DNA of 47,435 nt from Planctomycetota bacterium (lineage in GTDB: Bacteria > Planctomycetota > MHYJ01 > JACQXL01 > CAKKQI01). Positions 44,741 to 47,435 of the stretch are shown in pieces (position 1 is the first letter of the stretch; each line of letters opens with the position of its first letter). The translations under genes and the position numbers were made by a program. A model generated the notes under the pieces. It ran no database searches. It was not told the origin of the DNA and saw nothing but the letters and a program-made list of their open reading frames with translations. The DNA is taken from assembly GCA_030633885.1 (NCBI GenBank), contig DAOWBV010000002.1, positions 1 through 47,435 on the forward strand, read 5' to 3'.

Positions 44741-46050
44741 TTTTGGATTTTTCCCCGTAACGTCAACGCCGTCGCCGCGTCGATCTTGACCTGAACCAGC
44801 TGTCCGGCCAGGTCTTCGTCGCTTTCAAAAACGACGATAAAATTATTTTTCGTCCGGCCCGTCTGTCGTTCCGGTTTTTTTTTGCTTGGTCCTTCAACCA
44901 GGACTTCCAGTGTTTGCCCGATCAGTTCCTGTTTCCGGGCCGCTGAGATCTCCGATTGGATCTTCAATAACAGGTTGTTGCGTTCTTTTTTGCTTTCGGT
45001 TGTGACGTTATCGTCCAATGACATTGCTTTTGTGCCCGGCCGCGGTGAATATTGAAAGACAAAACAGTTCTGGAATCGGGCTTTTTTGATCAGCTCGGCC
45101 GTTGCTTCAAAATCTTTGGCTGTTTCACCCGGGAACCCGACGATAAAATCGCTGGCGATCTCGATCTCCGGTACGATCTTTCTGGCCTGGTTGACCAATC
45201 CCAGATACTTTTTCGCCGTGTAACCCCGGCCCATTTCTTTCAGGATCCGATCTGAACCGGACTGGGCCGGCATATGTAAATAAGAACAAATTTTATCATG
45301 CCCACCCATGGTTTCAAGTAATTCTTGCGTCACGTAAGCCGGGTGTGAAGTAATGAACCGAACCCGGTCCAGACCGCTGACCCGGCTGACTTTTTTCAGA
45401 ACATTGGTTAGTGTGTTTTTGCCTGATTTATATGTTGTAATGTTTTGTCCCAACAGGGTAATTTCCCGGCAACCGTTATCGGCCAGTAATTTTACTTCAT
45501 CAACGATCTCCGCGACCGGCCGGCTGGTGACCGGACCCCGGACCGACGGGACAATGCAGTAACTGCAACCGTTATTACAGCCGCGCATAACGCGCACGTA
45601 ATTCTGGAAAGTATTTGTTTGGGCCTGCGGGTTCCGGGTATAATTGCCATTATCAGTTAATCCTTTGAGCGAAGTCTCGATCACTTTCTGTCGCTGGTCG
45701 GCGGCGGCCTGGATCAAAACCGGTAGGATCTTATAACGATGGGGACCGCAGACCAGATCGAGATGAGCGATCCGGTTCAGGGCGTTTTTTTTCTCCTTTT
45801 GCGCCATACAGCCCAGCAGGCCGATGATCACGTTCGGCCGTTCCTCTTTCAGCTTTTTTAACGAGCTTAATCGGGAATAGACCCGTTCTTCCGCGTGCTC
45901 GCGGACACTGCAGGTGTTAAACAGGATCACATCCGCGGTGGACTCTTCGTCGGCCAACTCGTAACCGTTTTCCAACAGTTCGCCCAGGATAAGTTCCGAG
46001 TCGAGTTTATTCATTTGGCAACCGAAAGTGTGGATATATACCTTGCGCAT
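44737..46050 (-). CDS. miaB: tRNA-i6A37 methylthiotransferase MiaB (radical SAM)
   Basis: MRKVYIHTFGCQMN (UPF0004 Cys), radical-SAM CNNGCSYC motif, C-terminal TRAM domain. Confidence 0.92.
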   Translation of the reverse strand: MRKVYIHTFGCQMNKLDSELILGELLENGYELADEESTADVILFNTCSVREHAEERVYSRLSSLKKLKEERPNVIIGLLGCMAQKEKKNALNRIAHLDLVCGPHRYKILPVLIQAAADQRQKVIETSLKGLTDNGNYTRNPQAQTNTFQNYVRVMRGCNNGCSYCIVPSVRGPVTSRPVAEIVDEVKLLADNGCREITLLGQNITTYKSGKNTLTNVLKKVSRVSGLDRVRFITSHPAYVTQELLETMGGHDKICSYLHMPAQSGSDRILKEMGRGYTAKKYLGLVNQARKIVPEIEIASDFIVGFPGETAKDFEATAELIKKARFQNCFVFQYSPRPGTKAMSLDDNVTTESKKERNNLLLKIQSEISAARKQELIGQTLEVLVEGPSKKKPERQTGRTKNNFIVVFESDEDLAGQLVQVKIDAATALTLRGKIQK

Positions 46051-46067
46051 GGGCCTAATTGTACAAT
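46019..46067. repeat. Direct repeat copy A (miaB first 10 codons plus -10 region)
   Basis: Matches 47387-47435 at 46 of 49 positions, at a constant offset of 1368 bp. The mismatches are at 46021, 46027 and 46054. Confidence 0.85.
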
Positions 46068-46086
46068 TTTACGGACAGATTTGCAA
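46058..46086 (-). promoter_or_regulatory. Sigma70-type promoter placing the TSS at or next to the miaB ATG (leaderless candidate)
   Basis: On the minus strand: TTGCAA (46086-46081), a 17-bp spacer, then TACAAT (46063-46058), 7 nt (TAGGCCC), then the ATG at 46050. No Shine-Dalgarno sequence. Confidence 0.5.
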
Positions 46087-46137
46087 GAAGCTGAGCTGTT
46101 TTTAACGGGCTGATTTGCTCGGGGTCTGCTGCGTCCT

Positions 46138-46192
46138 GACCGCGAAGCGACCACGAAGTGACCGCGAAGTGACCGCGAAGCGACCTCGAAGA
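46138..46192. repeat. Tandem repeat, five copies of an 11-bp unit GACCGCGAAGY, with degenerate flanks
   Basis: Units are gaccgcgaagc / gaccacgaagt / gaccgcgaagt / gaccgcgaagc / gacctcgaaga, read directly from the sequence. It lies in the rsgA-miaB spacer. Confidence 0.85.
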
Positions 46193-46233
46193 AGCCACGA
46201 CAGCGCACCCAGAGTGGTACAGGGACCATAGAA

Positions 46234-47382
46234 CTAGTTTTTGTATTTTTTCAGTTGTTTTTTTGTCGTTTTAATAAATTTCCCAAATTTACGGTCTTTT
46301 TCTCTCTTTTCAAGTTTAGTCATAGTATTAAAATCATTTTCCTTTACGAGTCTCATATAGTTATCATATTTTTCTTTTTCCAATTCACCTGTGCTGACTG
46401 CTCCCAGCACCGCACATCCGGGCTCATGCATGTGCGTACAATCAGAATATTTGCACTTTTTAGATAGATCTTGAATTTCAGAAAACACACTTTTTATACC
46501 TATATTCGAATCTAATAATCCAATCTCTCTCATTCCAGGAGTGTCTATTAACAACCCACCGTTCTCAAGAATGAAAAGTTGTCTGTGTGTAGTTACATGC
46601 TTTCCCCTGTTCGAATGGGAACTTATTTCCTCGGTTTTAATTAAATTTTCGCCTACAAGCGCATTAATAATCGAAGATTTTCCCACACCGGACGAACCCA
46701 AGAAACAATAAGTAAGCCCTTTTTTAATATCTTTTTTTAACTCAGCTATACCTTTGCCGGAAACGGTGCTTGTCAGATATAGGTTAATATTTTTGAATCT
46801 ATCTTTTATTTCGGATATTTTATATTCCAAATCTTCTTCACTTATCAGATCTGTTTTATTTAAAACTATGGTTGGTTTTATATTACTTGACTCAGCCAAT
46901 GCAAAATATCGTTCAAATCTGTTTAAACTGTAATCCCTACCGGGTGCCTGGACGATAAAAGCCATGCCAATGTTTGAAGCTATTATTTGAGCTTCTGATT
47001 TACCGGCTGATTTTCTTTTCAACACTGTCTTTCTGGGCAATATTTCGCAGATGAGAGCCTGTTTTTCATCAAGGATTCGTACTAAAACCCAATCACCAAC
47101 TGCCGGATAATCTTCTCTGGCTGAAGCCGCAAACATCATTTTCCCTGTAATTTTTGCTGAGAGTTCAGATGTCTCATTTTTTAAAACATATAATCCCCTG
47201 TGTTCCGCTATAATTCGAGCTGGGGTAAGACTGGCGTCCTCTACAGATAGTTGGTTATTTTTAAAGAAATCGCTATAACCTAAATCTTCTAATTTAATTT
47301 CCTTATTTTGTTTATTCATATTATTACACCTGACATCCTGCGTTAAACTATTTTCAAAATCATCTCGAGTAGCCGTATCCAT
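46234..47382 (-). CDS. rsgA: Ribosome small-subunit-dependent GTPase RsgA (YjeQ)
   Basis: Circularly permuted GTPase: NKTDL (G4), GSSGVGKSSIINAL (G1), DTPGMRE (G3), and Zn knuckle CKYSDCTHMHEPGCAV. An alternative and perhaps better start is the ATG at 47319 (AGGTG RBS). The gene is visibly much more AT-rich than its neighbours. Confidence 0.88.
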   Translation of the reverse strand: MDTATRDDFENSLTQDVRCNNMNKQNKEIKLEDLGYSDFFKNNQLSVEDASLTPARIIAEHRGLYVLKNETSELSAKITGKMMFAASAREDYPAVGDWVLVRILDEKQALICEILPRKTVLKRKSAGKSEAQIIASNIGMAFIVQAPGRDYSLNRFERYFALAESSNIKPTIVLNKTDLISEEDLEYKISEIKDRFKNINLYLTSTVSGKGIAELKKDIKKGLTYCFLGSSGVGKSSIINALVGENLIKTEEISSHSNRGKHVTTHRQLFILENGGLLIDTPGMREIGLLDSNIGIKSVFSEIQDLSKKCKYSDCTHMHEPGCAVLGAVSTGELEKEKYDNYMRLVKENDFNTMTKLEKREKDRKFGKFIKTTKKQLKKYKN

Positions 47383-47385
47383 CGG

Positions 47386-47418
47386 TCAGCCGAAGGTGTG
47401 GATATATACCTTGCGCAT
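47386..47418 (-). pseudogene. Duplicated miaB 5' fragment: 10 codons MRKVYIHTFG followed by TGA
   Basis: It lies within direct-repeat copy B (47387-47435, running off the window end). Its two differences from miaB codons 8 and 10 are synonymous, and the Cys11 codon is replaced by a stop. Confidence 0.5.
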
Positions 47419-47435
47419 GGGTCTAATTGTACAAT

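Noticed and set aside
46138-46192. CRISPR array
   Set aside because: The units are 11 bp, directly abutting with no spacers, and there are no cas genes. It is a simple tandem repeat.
46011-46229. 72-aa minus-strand ORF spanning the miaB start, promoter and tandem repeat
   Set aside because: The reading frame is kept open by the 11-bp repeat (RS/RG-rich peptide). It overlaps the miaB start and its promoter and has no RBS.
1-47435. tRNA, rRNA or tmRNA genes in the intergenic gaps
   Set aside because: All gaps longer than 90 nt were inspected by eye (1506-1653, 2881-3066, 8068-8171, 9201-9328, 12158-12247, 15442-15618, 20531-20658, 35116-35287, 37115-37334, 46051-46233). None shows a cloverleaf with a GTTCRANYC T-loop or rRNA-like sequence.

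Overview
This 47.4-kb window comes from a diderm, LPS-making bacterium. The gene content (LpxC-FabZ fusion, TPR-secretins, a PilM/Amuc_1100-like locus, class II PurE) suggests an uncultivated PVC-like lineage such as Omnitrophota, Verrucomicrobiota or Planctomycetota, but that is only a guess. Two long co-directional gene blocks converge at about 20.6 kb. The plus-strand block (1-20.5 kb) is conserved housekeeping and envelope biogenesis: a transporter-EIIA fusion, rpsF-ssb-rpsR-rplI-dnaB, bamA-skp-lpxD-lpxC/fabZ-lpxA, DUF374 (minus strand), a Gfo/Idh/MocA oxidoreductase, lpxB, kdsD, kdsC, an LptC/LptA-like gene and valS. The minus-strand block (47.4 to 20.6 kb) reads rsgA, miaB, a CPA2-RCK antiporter, greA, class II purE, a CPA2-RCK-EIIA fusion, ribD, a cysK-like gene, a 10-gene operon (37.1 to 21.5 kb) and a HAD hydrolase. 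The 10-gene operon is the main candidate for an undescribed system. It encodes a PilM-PilN-like fusion, two bitopic proteins (one PilO/Amuc_1100-like, one Pro-rich/FN3-like), two paralogous lipoprotein TPR-secretins, two secreted TPR proteins and an ExbB-ExbD-ExbD stator. No ATPase, pilin or TonB is visible in the window. This looks like a secretin conduit coupled to a proton-motive-force motor. Other notable signals are: a dispersed MITE-like element with CCCGTTAGAGAT inverted termini (3 copies); an AT-rich rsgA segment flanked by 49-bp or longer direct repeats of the miaB promoter and first 10 codons; an apparently leaderless miaB; an 11-bp tandem repeat; a highly structured kdsD-kdsC spacer; and two cation antiporter-EIIA(Ntr) fusions. 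No rRNA, tRNA or CRISPR was found. All calls rest on motif recognition by eye; no database search was possible.
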